Part shown: positions 45,081-58,785 of the stretch, in pieces | Layout of the letters: the number at the start of each line of letters is the position of its first letter | Position numbering within the stretch: position 1 is the stretch's first letter | Source: Eledone cirrhosa | Taxonomy: Eukaryota | Assembly: GCA_964016885.1 (NCBI GenBank) | Contig: OZ024747.1 | Span: 16,492,001 to 16,556,000 of the forward strand | Reading direction: 5' to 3' | DNA: 64,000 nucleotides | Made by a program: the position numbers and the translations under genes | Notes under the pieces: model-generated | Told to the model about the DNA's origin: nothing | The model's input: the letters and a program-made list of their open reading frames with translations, nothing else | The model's database searches: none

Positions 45081-45232
45081 TAAGGAAAAAAGATGAAATC
45101 GAAAATGCAATTGGTGCATTTTTTTTTTTATATATATTTATTTGGTTCCTTTACCGGTTTCGCAGTTCTTCTGCTTTTCATAAGTAGAAATGAGATGGAG
45201 CGTTTGTGGTTTCTCTCACATCTTTTTCTCAC
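45075..45232 (-). mobile_element. Short hammerhead-containing element (second copy at 55118-55332, plus)
   Basis: Minus strand 45184-45148 reads ctt ATGAAAA gcag-aagaa-ctgc GAAACCGGTA aagg. Confidence 0.65.
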
Positions 45233-45280
45233 ATATATAAATAATAATATATACATATATACATATATACACATATATAC

Positions 45281-45335
<55 letters not shown>

Positions 45336-45338
45336 TAT

Positions 45339-45743
45339 ACTAGCCGAATTACCCGCGCTTTGCTGCATTTCACATATTCCTTTTTGTAAGAAAATGATGA
45401 TTGATTTTAAATCAGTGATATAATTTATTGACAAACACTCCATTAGGGTATCTTCATATTATTGAAATTTGCTGAATATTTGTGAATAGGCATCATATCG
45501 TGTCATTTAACCATGGTTTAAATATCATATAAATCGAAAAGAAAATATTTTCAGTTGGCGTTTGTGCCCCCGGGGAACGCTTTGATTAAAATTAAATATA
45601 CTTATCCAAGTACCCTGGGCAATGTAGTTTCAGAATATATATATGGTTATGGGGTGGGGTCTATCTCCAAAAGCATAGGAGGAGTTCGTGAACAAAGAAA
45701 CAAACAAACAAATAGACGGGAACTACCACTTTATATAGAGAGA
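45339..45743 (-). mobile_element. Non-autonomous Helitron-like element
   Basis: Minus strand begins TCTCTATATAAAG..TTTGTTTGTTT and ends GCAGCAAAGCGCGGGTAATTCGGCTAGT (5'-TC, GC-rich subterminal segment, CTAG-3'). Confidence 0.6.
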
Positions 45744-46090
45744 TATCATGTCGTTGTACATGGAAGAAAATCGTCAGGAAAGCGGGCTTTCAACTCATAC
45801 GTATATAAAATATATTTGAAGGATATGTGTTATAGAGCTTAATTCAGTTCTAATAATATTTTAATAATTACTTGACGTATTTTCATATAATTAAACGATA
45901 TTGATAAAAGTCGAAGCAATGTAGATTAATAAGAAACTCAATCCATTCACCAATCACAGCTCTGCACAATACCTCATCATACTATCTTAGGATTAAAAGA
46001 TAGATATCAGCTATGAACAATGTGAAAGTAAGGTATATGTCTAAACGTAAGACGAAAGGAGTTTGACATTGTCATATGAAAATAAGCTTC

Positions 46091-46138
46091 TGGTAATCTA
46101 CAACGTTGGTAATCTACAACGTTGGTAATCTACAACGT
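46091..46138. repeat. 16-bp tandem repeat x3 (TGGTAATCTACAACGT)
   Basis: Direct observation. Confidence 0.9.
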
Positions 46139-48150
46139 TCTGACGATTATTGATATGAAGCTTTAATGCTTTAATGATCATAGTTTATTTAATGCTTTCG
46201 TTATCAACGTCTCTATCACTGATTGTCGTGGAAAGAGTTACTTCAATATTCTGGCAGCTGTATATAAGTATATCAACAATGAAGTACTTCATATTCAAGT
46301 CGAAGCTGTTGGTAACATTATGCACGGCCAAGCAAAAGACTACTTCAGATGAATTTCGGTATTATTCTCACATTACTAGAATGAAGTAATAAACGAATAA
46401 CATAATAAAAAGGAAGATTCTGAGAGTCTAGTGAAGGAGAATTCTGGGTGTCTAGTACAGGGAGATACTGAAAGTGTAGCGTAACAAGACTCAATTGCTT
46501 AAACGAATAATTCTTAAATAGCTCGCATAATATAATATATTTGATATTGATATGTATTCTTTAAATATTGCTAGATATTTTCCAACGTTTGAAATACCTA
46601 CTCTCGGTTCTAGTACGTATCATGTTTGGCACTAGCAGTTAAGTATATTTGAAAATGAAAATATGTAAGAAACGTTTATATGTGAAAAGCAATCCTGTAG
46701 TAATTTCATCTCCATTTCCACCATCTACATATCAAATATAACATCAATCCATTTACCAGGTGAGTAAATCGTACATTAGTGCCCCATTGAAATAGATTCT
46801 AAGGTTTCTGAATGATACATTAGTGAGAAAATACATTCCCACAAAAACTTCCGACAAGATGGTAGTTTCGAGGGTGTAATATGCATCTACTAGTTCACAT
46901 GAATTATATATAGTATATTTTTGAGACCAAATATATAAACTTACACACATTCTGAAGAAGTTTCATGCTTGATATGCAGTACAGTACTGTTGTCATTCTT
47001 TTCATTCTAAAAGGAATATATTTCTCCACAAATTATTCTGTCTTGGAAGTCGGTCTCATTGTCACATATAATGGCAAATATGAACGTGATTGTTATATCA
47101 CTTTCTGTCGGTAACACAGTTTAGGGATATTGTATATTGAAATAACGTTTGTATTATATAACCAAGTTAAGAAATTGACAGTACTTCCACCCCACTACAC
47201 CCCACAAATATCCGGCGTGCATTTTGTTTTATATACATATACTAATGTATACAGAACAAAACACATGTAAAAGATAACTTTGAAATGTATTATGTTGTTT
47301 ATCCTAGTATAAAGAGGGGCAAATGAAACATACCATCTAACTAAACAGAACGCTTCAACATAATAAAAGAAAAAAAAATTAAACCTAATCTGCTCATGTT
47401 AAATACAAACAACAAAGCCATTCCGTAATGCAAGGAAAATGAAAATAAACAATAATAAAAATAGCGAATTCAGAAGCAATGTTTAAGGTAAATATATTTA
47501 TTTTAAACATTCAGATAATGGCAACATATGTAAATAAAGTAAAGCTTGTTATACATATGTGTTTTCTATTGATTACAAAAGATATGGGAAATGTGGGTGA
47601 AAATATAAGGGAGAACGGGAAGAAATAATAGACAGAAGAATATGAGGAGGATAAAGAAGACCGGAAAGTACATGAGAATAAGAAAAAATGATACATAAAT
47701 ATAATGGTTAAGAAGTAAGACATAAAAGAAGACCGATGAGCGCACACGTACGAGTAGAAAGATATAGAATAACATAAATGAGAGAATAATACGACAGCAG
47801 GAAGTGTACTAAAATGACTAAAAGGGAGTCAAGTAGAAAAGAAGGAGGATATGATTATTATGGCGATGATGGTGATAATGCTGATGATTTTATAGAGACT
47901 GAAACGAGATGGTGGGTAGGAGCATAATAATATAAGACAAGAAAAAAATAAGGAAATGCCGTCTAACTGTTTTCTTTTTTTATTAGATATCTTTAACATA
48001 CGAACTGTAGTATCTAACAATTATTCCAGTCTCTATGTACACCACTTGGGCTATGAGAAATATACATTAAATCAAACCACAGAACATTGACAGGGAAATT
48101 ATCGTAACTATACAGATGAGTCCTTCTTTAAATGTTGTCACCCAGATTTT

Positions 48151-48207
<57 letters not shown>

Positions 48208-48211
48208 CTCC

Positions 48212-48267
<56 letters not shown>

Positions 48268-48289
48268 AGGTATGTATATATATATGTAT

Positions 48290-49380
<1,091 letters not shown>

Positions 49381-49429
49381 ATTAGTGAAAAAGAACAAAG
49401 GAACCATTATGACATTATAACAAGTTTAT

Positions 49430-49476
49430 TGCCGACAGCCGTTTAGTCCGACCCCATGGTGGGACTTATCAAGGCA
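49430..49476 (-). ncRNA. Hammerhead in the inverted PLE repeat, G12 mutated
   Basis: tgcc TTGATAA gtcc..ggac TAAAC GGCT GTC ggca. Confidence 0.65.
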
Positions 49477-49914
49477 TATAACATGTGATTGCAAGATCAT
49501 TGTTTACATCAACGTATCACTCAAGGCTAGCAGTTTGAAATTGTTGTATACATCAGCAACTCCGCTTTAAGGGGGGCTCTTTTATATTAGTTGTCGGGGT
49601 CAGGGATTGAAGTTTAAAAATTAGACAAAAATATATAATTCACGCATCAACATTAAACCAAAATTCGTGGGGTCCCGTAGAAGCACCTCAGAAAATCCCT
49701 CAATGAGTGTATAAAGCTTACAGGCTCCAATAAACCTATTAGTCTAGAAGAAAATTAAGAGGCTAATAAAATAAGAAAATAAAAATATAAAGTTTCCCTA
49801 AAAAATATATAGAGTTCCTATGAAATTTCTTCTAGAGAAAAAATTTTTTTTCCGAAAGAAAAAACCTAGAATATACCCATACCACCAACATTTTTTCCGA
49901 AAGAAAAAACCTAG

Positions 49915-52467
49915 AATATACCCATACCACCAAGGGCTACTTATGAAAAGCAGCTTATAACCAGCGTTAACTCGTTTGTAAGGAGAATAAGATGGCGCAC
50001 TTTTCACTTCGATAGGCGCCGTAACGCCCCACTAGAGAGTCCATCGAATAGTAAGTATGGTTTTAGGACATTTAGGAGCCCGCCCCATAACCCTCTGCTC
50101 GATAAATTTGAGAGTGACCTTTTGTCTCTCGTCCGGTCTATTAGATATAAAAGAAAAAACTGTAAGCGTAGCGGCTTCCAAACAAGGTTAGAATCACTAG
50201 TTAAATCTTTTAAGGACAGAAAGTATATACTAGTACCCTCGGACAAGACTAGGAATATGTACAACCTGAGCTATGAGGAATACCGCGGCTTCATATACAA
50301 CGAGCTACATAAATCTATAAAATAACCACTGTAGCCAACCTGGATGAGATTAACAGGGAGGCTAAAGTGATAGTAACGAAGCTAGGATTAGAGAAATGCA
50401 CACAACCTTATACCCCCCACCCCCGACAACCAAGGTTCACACTGAAAGACCATAAGGAGGACTTTGCAAGTAGCCCCTCTGTCAGGCTCATTAGCCCCTC
50501 TAAATCTGACATAGGGATTATAAGTAAAAAAATACTAGATGAAGTCATACCGAAAGTTAAAGACAGGATTAGCCTGGACCTATGGGGAAACACTGCAGAA
50601 GTGATAAAGTGGTTCTCAAGCATTAGCAACCACAAGTCACTACGCTTCATCCAGTTCGATATAGACTCCTACTATACGTCTATATCCCGCATACTACTAA
50701 TTAAGGCGCTCATATTGGCAATGCGGACGGACGGACTCGCTAGATCCCAGATTGACATAGTCCTTGCCGCTCGTAAAACAATTATCACATTTGAGGATGA
50801 ATTGTGGACGCACAAGAACACTCGTCACAATTTCGACATCACTATGGGGTCTAGCGACTCAGCGCAGGTGACAGACCTCGTCGGATTGTACCTGCTCAAG
50901 GAGCTCAACGAGCAGCTCCCACACCTCAGAGGTGGGCTATACCGTGACGACGCATTGCTTACTGTGGACTTTAAACGGCACAACCTAGAAAGAACTAGAA
51001 AGGACCTTTATAAATTCTTCAAGAATTTTAACCTATCAATAACTATGGATAGAAATAGTAAGGTAGTCAACTTTTTAGACGCCACACTAGACCTAGATAA
51101 GTTAGAATATGCACCGTACCATAAACCTAACGAAAGGCTGACGTACGTCAATGCCGGCTCCAACCACCCAGGCTCAGTCCTCAAAGCATTAGTTAAGGGA
51201 GTATCTAGTAGGATTAGCGGACTATCTAGCAGCGTGACCGCATTTGAAGCGAACGCGGAATATTACAATAAGGCGCTAGCTGGGTCAGGGCACAAAGATA
51301 AACTCCATTATGTTTAGACAGGCGGCGCCACCCCAGCCCAGCACTGTAATCACGCACAATATGTCCATGGGAGTTGGAGGGAGAGCTAGAAAGGCGAATA
51401 GGGACAATAGGAAGTTAGATAAGAACAGCAACACTCGCAACGCAGACACGGACAGGGCCCGCACGCCTGGTAAGCGATATGCCGCCCCGAGCAAGTCCAA
51501 CAGTGAAAACGGGGGACAGAGGCCTAGGAGACTTGAGACCAACGCACATACCACTGGGTGTACAGCAACCACACCTGGTGGAACCAGTAATAATATAGAC
51601 GAAGAGAGGGCAAACTGCATAGGGGATAGGAAACGCAGTGGAGGGAATAGAAGACGTGATAGTTCCTTCTTTAACCCGCCCTTCAGCTCTAATGTTACTA
51701 CAGACCTCCCCAAATCTTTTTTCTCTTTAATAGATAAGAACTTCCCCCCGGGTAGTAGGTACGGTAGTGTCATCAATAAGAATACTGTCAAGCTATCGTA
51801 CTCTACAACCCCTAATCTGGCCTCACACCTAGCTAAGACAAATAAGAGTAAGATCAAAGAGGGACTTAAGGCCATCCGAAATAGTGAACCACGCCAGCAC
51901 ACACGACAACACGGGACCAACCCACTGAATGAAAGACACAGGGGGATATTAGGCAATAGAACCGGTCCCACTAGGCAGCCCCGCGGCCGCTTGGAGGGAC
52001 ATGCACCCCTGATTAAGGGGCATGTCCCTACTAAAGAGTGTAATTGCAGAAGGAAGGACAAATGCCCACTAGCTGGACACTGCCTTATCAGGAACGTGGT
52101 ATATGCGTGTAACGTAACCACAGGCACGTATACTAAGACGTACGTAGGATCAACCGCTAATGAGTTCAAGATGAGGTTCAACGCCCACCAGAATAGCTTC
52201 CGATATGAGAAGCTTAAAAATACCACGTCGTTAGCGGAGCATATACATAGCTTAAAACAAACAAAAACCCCCTACACACTCAGCTGGAGATGCCTTACTA
52301 AGGCTCCGCCATATAGCTCGTTGAGCAGGTGTTGTAGCCTGTGCCTATCTGAATCTCATGCCATAGTATTCTCAGGGCTCAACTTGCTCAACAGAAGATC
52401 AGAAATCTTCTCGTCCTGCCCCCATACCATACTTAGCTCTTTCTTTTTCTTCAGACCGGACACATAG
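49915..52467 (+). pseudogene. PLE polyprotein: reverse transcriptase + GIY-YIG endonuclease (2 frameshifts)
   Basis: NIPIPP..RRIRWR..PSDKTRNMY; IQFDIDSYYTSI, ITMGSSDSAQV, GLYRDD, NFLD, SNHP; CNCRRKDKCPLAGHC, NVVY..TYVGST..FKMRFNAH, CSLCLSE..LLNRRSE. Frame breaks near 50320 and 51312. Confidence 0.9.
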
Positions 52468-53799
52468 CCATGACACCACCCAGTCCTGCACGTGGCGGCC
52501 CCGCTGGCGTACAGGGTGCTCTGTGGTAACCCCGGCCGCATGGATGCCTCGGCTCCCCGATTGGCCATGGGGACTCTGGTGAGGAACAGATTTCCCTGTG
52601 TCCCAATTGCCAACCTGGGATTGGTGGCAACACTGTTGCTGGGCAACCTGGGGGCAGCTGATGCCTGCGATGCAGGACATCGTGAGGGCCTGGAACCACG
52701 TTGACTAAACTGAGAGGCTGCCGTTGGAGATGTATGTCAACAAACTCGAGAACTGCCTAGGGAAACAGTAACAAAACACCCAATATGGCGGCCGCTCCCT
52801 GCCTATAGCCACTCACCCCCACCCCTCCCTTAGTAAACCCCCGCCCAAATAGATCCCCCCCCCATTCTTTTGAGCTGGTTCTTTATTATCAGTGATTAGT
52901 TCTTTACTAATAGGAATTTTTTTTGTATTTCACCACGGTCGACATAATGGGCTTGGAGAGTTGACTCCCTTGAAGTCTGACCACTCGATAAGTTAGGGGC
53001 TGTGCCCCTTGATCAGGGGTGTGTATAGCTGGTCTACCTGCTGTCTGCTACTATCCGAGACTGGACAGGGTCGTAGCCACAGGCCAGCGCGTGCGCGATA
53101 GCATAGAATGTATATTTTCTGCTGGTCACCCCGTGTAATATGATACCCTAAGATTCCACGCTTGAGATTCACCGAAGCATGCGCAGTCTTAACCGGGAGA
53201 TGACATGCGAACTTGAAAATACCACAAGCGAGACCCTCTGGATAACGTAGACGCAGGACCATACCCGCAAATACATACCCTCATCTGTCTTGAATATACA
53301 GGGCTGACGGAATATGGATAACACGACCACCATCTAAGCTGAGACCGACCCATACAGCAAACAAAGAGAGGACAGCCCTTCGCTTTTGACCAGTCGCGTG
53401 TGGACTTGGAGTTCGTAATATACCACCCCAGTCAAATCCACACTGGTTTTTTAACAATATAGCATGTGGACCAATACATCATGCGTGGCGAAACCTTGGA
53501 CTTAGAACCAGCAGGCTCGTCTATCGCGAAAGCGTTCAACCCCTGAAACTAAAAGATCGAATGGACCACATCCGGCAACCACTGGCTATTAGATCCACAG
53601 GTACATCTCCCAGAGAGTCCACGCAGATAATAGTGAACCCCAGGTGATCTATGAACGTTTAAACAAAACCAGCTGCGCCTGGAGCTATGCAGATGACTGC
53701 TTACGCCTAATGGATATCGTGCCTGGAGCTGTGCAGGGGACTGCATAGGCAGAATGGACATCCCGCCCACACGGTCACCACTACTGTTCATCCTTTTAT

Positions 53800-53955
53800 A
53801 TTTTTGTAATAATTTTATGATAATTTTGTAATAATTTTGCGATAATTTTATGATAATTTGATAATTTTGTAATGATTTTGTGGTAATTTTGTGATGATTT
53901 GATAATTTTGTAATGATTTTGTGGTAATTTTGTAATGATTTTGTAATAATTTTTA
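53800..53955. repeat. Degenerate ~11-bp tandem repeat (TAATTTTGTAA) in the PLE 3' region
   Basis: Direct observation. Confidence 0.85.
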
Positions 53956-54874
53956 ATCCTGTATCAATAATTTTAGAATGTTTTTTTGTGATAATACAGG
54001 GTTACATCACTGAAGCTACCTTATACCTTCTTAAAGATACATTTTATGATTATTGTCTTTTTGCTTATGTATTTTCTTAGTTACCACTTTCTTTAATCTT
54101 GCCCAACTTGATAAACTCCTTGAATTGCTCCCTAATTAAATTACTTAAATTGCTTAGATTATTGTACCTATTGTGCCTAAGTTGTATCTGTTGAAGCAGC
54201 CCTTTGAAAATTCCTCGGATATCCCAAATACCGTAATTTTTAATTTTTAACTTTTAATGTATAATTTTCCTCAATTCGTTTTTATATTTATCCTTAAAGG
54301 CTCTCTAAAATTTTAATTCTTCGAAGGGTCTCTCGGAAGAAGTTCCTATTAGAAATAGTAAAGGGGCCTTTTCTGAGAGATTTATGGAAGGCTCTCTGAA
54401 TTAACCTCTAATTGATTAGTTTCTTTCAACCTAGTTTTCGATTCAGTTTTCTGAATTTTGTAAACGTCATCTCGGGGGAAGAAGGTTTTTTTCTTTCGGA
54501 AAAATTTTTTTTTCTCTAGAAGAAATTTCATAGGAACTCTATATATTTTTTAGGGAAACTTTATATTTTTATTTTCTTATTTTATTAGCCTCTTAATTTT
54601 ATTCTAGACTAATAGGTTTATTAGAGCCTGTAAGCTTTATGCACTCATTGAGGGATTTTCTGAGGTGCTTCTACGGGACCCCAAGTCTTTTGGTTTAATC
54701 TTGATGCGTGAATTATATATTTTTGTCTAATTTTTAAACTTCAAACCCTGACCCCGACAACTAATATAAAAGAGCCCCCCTTAAAGCGGAGTTGCTGATG
54801 TATACAACAATTTCAAACTGCTAGCCTTGAGTGATACGTTGATGTAAACAATGATCTTGCAATCACATGTTATA

Positions 54875-54920
54875 TGCCTTGATAAGTCCCACATGGGGTC
54901 GGACGAAACGGCTGTCGGCA
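54875..54920 (+). ncRNA. Type I hammerhead ribozyme (U3-A8 variant) in the PLE terminal repeat
   Basis: tgcc TTGATAA gtcc-cacatggggtc-ggac GAAAC GGCT GTC ggca, immediately followed by AATAAA. Confidence 0.8.
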
Positions 54921-55075
54921 ATAAACTTGTTATAATGTCATAATAGTTCCTTTGTTCTTTTTCACTAATATTTCTGCTCTGCGTATACGCATAGAGCTTA
55001 ACTAGCTACCGTCACATATTTGGTAAGTCAGACGTGATCATCGCGATTCACATACGACCTACCATACATCTTACT

Positions 55076-55116
<41 letters not shown>

Positions 55117-55154
55117 GTATGTGAGAAAAACCACAGACCCTCCATCTCAACTCA

Positions 55155-55192
55155 CCTTTTGAAAAGCAGAAGAACTGCGAAAGCTGTAAAGG
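55155..55192 (+). ncRNA. Minimal type I hammerhead (U3-A8 variant), partly decayed
   Basis: cctt TTGAAAA gcag-aagaa-ctgc GAAA gctGTA aagg; the sister copy at 45148-84 restores GAAACCGGTA. Confidence 0.6.
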
Positions 55193-55325
55193 AACCAAAT
55201 AAATATATATATATATATTTTTTAAATAAGACTCCAGTTGCATTTTCTATTTCATCTCTTTTTCTTTATATTTTCACTCGTGTAGGACACCTCGGTTATT
55301 TTTCATTTTGTAAAAAAAACCTCAC

Positions 55326-55416
<91 letters not shown>

Positions 55417-56467
55417 TAAGAAAGGAAAGAAAATGCTGACAGATTTTTTCCAGTGAAAAATAGTTTAAGTATAAATTAGTAATAAGTAATGGTTAGTATT
55501 CAGTGTTAGTTTCGAGTTTTTACCGGTTGCGCATTTCAAATGCTTTTCAAAAATAATTTTGTGATAGAGCGTTCGTGATTAGGTTGGTTGTTGAATGTCA
55601 CGCGAATATATATATATATATCAATTAAAAAATCGATATATATATATGAGAACTATATAAACACGTAGAGCAAATATTTATTATAAGAACAGATTAAAAT
55701 TTAAGGAAGGAATCACTGCTGTCACCCTTTACAGGATCTTCTGAAACGGTATATGTATGTGTGTGTGTGTGACAGAGAGAGAGAGAGATTGTGCGTGTGT
55801 GTAACTTAACGGCCCCCTTCCTTCACGAATTACCATGGGATTTGTACTTACTAAGTCAACCGCCGAGAAACCTGTACATTTTGGGAAGACCAACATTTAC
55901 CTATGCATACCAGTTTCACTTCCACACATTACCAATGTTGCCGAAGGGAATGGCGATGGCAGCAGTGACGTGGCAACTCATTTCTAGAGCTACGTAAACA
56001 GGAGCAAAGCAAAAACACATTGTGTTGCTCAAAATCACAACGCATCATCCAATCCGGGAATCGTACACACAACTTCCACATTCAGAGCCCAACGCTCAAA
56101 ACAATAAGGCACGCGTATATATATATATATATATATGTAGGAGGTGAGTTATATTGTAGTACAAATTCTTTTAATTTATACATTATCTTCCAACGGTTTT
56201 TTCAACCTCTCTATGTAAAACAATATATTTTTCTCAGTTATAAAAGCTATCTCTCTCTCTCTATCACCCATCTCTCCTCCTATCTCATCCTTCCTCACTA
56301 TACTCCCCCCCTCCACTTTTTACTCTCATCTCCTCCTCTTGTTCATCCCCCCCCCCTCAAAAATTGTTTTTCCCCAATATCACACATCAATCTAAAACTA
56401 CTTATCATATGTTGATTTAAAACTGCACTATCCACAAGTGTTTTTTAACCTTCATATCATGTCCTCC

Positions 56468-56538
56468 TGTTTTATCTGATGAAAACACAAATGTTATTGC
56501 ATGATGATATTTGTTTTTGAAATGCGCATAATAAAATA
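56468..56538 (+). ncRNA. Intact type I hammerhead ribozyme
   Basis: tgttttat CTGATGA aaacacaaatgttat..atgatatttgttttt GAA ATGCGCAT A ataaaata. Palindromic stem III, AUA cleavage site. Confidence 0.78.
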
Positions 56539-56674
56539 CATGGAACTCATTTAGCCATCTTTTGATCTTATATATATATGTATATATATATATATGTATA
56601 TGTTAAAATTCCAAAGAAAAAGCAAAGAAAAAAGAGTATATATATATATATATAATATGAATATACATACAAAT

Positions 56675-56737
<63 letters not shown>

Positions 56738-57204
56738 GTGTGTGTGTGTCTGTGTGTATTTGTATGTAATTATTTTCGTATTGTATATATTTAATTTCAT
56801 AATTTCAAATCAATTGAAGCGTTTGTTTTACGAAATTTATTTCCACCATTATTTCACGCATGAATAAAATAAGCAGTTCTTGTTTGATTTGGTATTGTCT
56901 TATTTTTTTATAAGTTTTGCTTGAAATTGTTAACAAGGTAATATATGGTTGGTTAGGCGGTGGTGTATATAGAACTTTCTGGAAGAAAGTGGTTTATCAT
57001 ATCAAATTGCTGCATAATATTTAAATGAATAAAAAATGAAATTCTCCATGAAAATAGGAAATGTTTTGTAAATAATTTCATGAAGATATTGCTACGGACA
57101 TCCAATAATTATCATTATTAATATTAATGGGGTTTTTTACGCTCCTTCTGAAAAATTATAATTCTAAATAATATCACTAATGATGATATTTTATTATTAT
57201 TACT

Positions 57205-57450
57205 GCGGTTGATTGGCAGTATTGGTAGAGGGTCGGATACCATGCTTTGCAGCATAGTTGCAGCCCTTACCATTCTGAGTTCAAATCCCGCCGAGGTTAA
57301 TTTTGCCTTTCATCCTTACATGGTCGATAAAATAAAGTACCAGTAATACACTGAATAATTGCTGGCCTTGTGCCAATATTAGAAACGGTGGATTGGTAGT
57401 ATCGGTAGAGGGTAGGAACGCCATTATTTGCAGCATAGAATTACGGCCAT
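57205..57450 (+). mobile_element. SINE family A copy plus tandem partial head
   Basis: Full copy 57205-57386 followed by a second GGTGGATTGGTAGTATCGGTAGAGGG head. Confidence 0.85.
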
Positions 57451-57475
57451 TTTATTATCATTATGAATTTTATAT

Positions 57476-57938
57476 CTCAGTCATTGATGCTATTCAACAG
57501 GGGAAATTAACCAGATGAATATTAAGTGTTCCAAAATAGATGGCCAGCCTTGGAGGTTCTTAGTGACGATGAGTGTGACCTGGATGTTTTGTCCGTCTTA
57601 AATATTTTCCAGTTCCTACTTTAGATCCTGGTAACAGTTTAATCATTCCCTCTTCTTTTCTTGCACTCCTTTATGATCAACCAATATTGTTTTCTTTGTC
57701 AAAAGTCATCAGATCGGATCCATTGTGTTACAATTCTTATTATGTTTGTATAATGACATTTCGCCGAACCTTTCCTATCACTGACTCTGGCTTATGATCA
57801 CACCACTTCTCAGAGTGTGGGTAAACCATCCACTTTGCATAAATGGCAGCGGATCAATTTTTGCTATGATATCATACCTCTATTCCTTATAATGAGTCTG
57901 GGCTACGTGTTTACAATCGATTATGATGTGGAACACAG

Positions 57939-58002
<64 letters not shown>

Positions 58003-58060
58003 CTATCTCTCCCCGGATATTACAGAGCGAGATAGCCTCTTGCTTATCAATAGGATGTTG
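57476..58060 (-). pseudogene. Old 3' fragment of an RLE family 2-like retrotransposon
   Basis: Reverse complement aligns by eye to 34955-35622 (TCTGAGAAGTGGT.TGA.CATAAGCCAGAGTC.GTGATAG; TTTTGGAACACTT; CATCAATG.CTGAG). Confidence 0.75.
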
Positions 58061-58237
58061 CATCGAATTCGTGGCATTCTCTCTGTAGCTTTCTTACAGT
58101 ACTTGCACTGGTGTTGTTGCTGTACGACAAGTGATTGTAAAATGTGTGCATTATAACATTTTGTCTCAGGTGTCAGGTTGACAATCGGCGTGGTTTAGGA
58201 AAGAAGCATAAAGGAAGTTTCAAATAATGATAAAAAC

Positions 58238-58430
58238 AATAATTGTTTCTACTTTTGTCACAAGACAAGCAATTATCCCAGTGCATTACTGGTACTTTAT
58301 TTTATCGACCCCGTAAGGATGAAAGGCAAAGTTAACCTGGGCGGGATTTGAACTCAGACCGCAAAGGGACGTAACTATGCTGGAAAGCATGGCGTCCGAT
58401 CCTCTACCGATACTGCCAAGCCACCGCCCT
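58238..58430 (-). mobile_element. SINE family A copy
   Basis: Colinear with 32456-32641. Confidence 0.9.
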
Positions 58431-58604
58431 TATAATAATAACAATAATGATAAAAATACCTTATGATTTTAAACCTCACCCAATTCATCTTTGTTTCTTA
58501 CTGTTTTCAGTCAATATATTATAATATGCCACTCAAACACCGGCACGATCTACATGATTTACCACTCAAATCGGTAGCCTTTTATCTAAATTAGAAATTA
58601 TTTT

Positions 58605-58785
58605 TGGCAGTATCGGTAGAGGGTCGGACGCCATGCTTTCCAGCATAGTTACGTCCCTTTACGATCTGAGTTCAAATCCCGCCTAGGTTGACTTTGCCTT
58701 TCATCCTTACGGGGTTGATAAAATAAAGTACCAGCAATGCACTGGTGCATTCCTGGCCGTGTGCCTAAAGTAGAAACAATTATTA
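58605..58785 (+). mobile_element. SINE family A copy
   Basis: TGGCAGTATCGGTAGAGGGTCGGACGCC...GTAGAAACAATTATT. Confidence 0.9.

Noticed and set aside
46091-46138. Short repeats as a CRISPR array
   Set aside because: No spacers, eukaryotic context, no cas genes.
51285-52226. 313-aa minus-strand ORF
   Set aside because: Antisense shadow of the GC-rich PLE ORF, with no motif.
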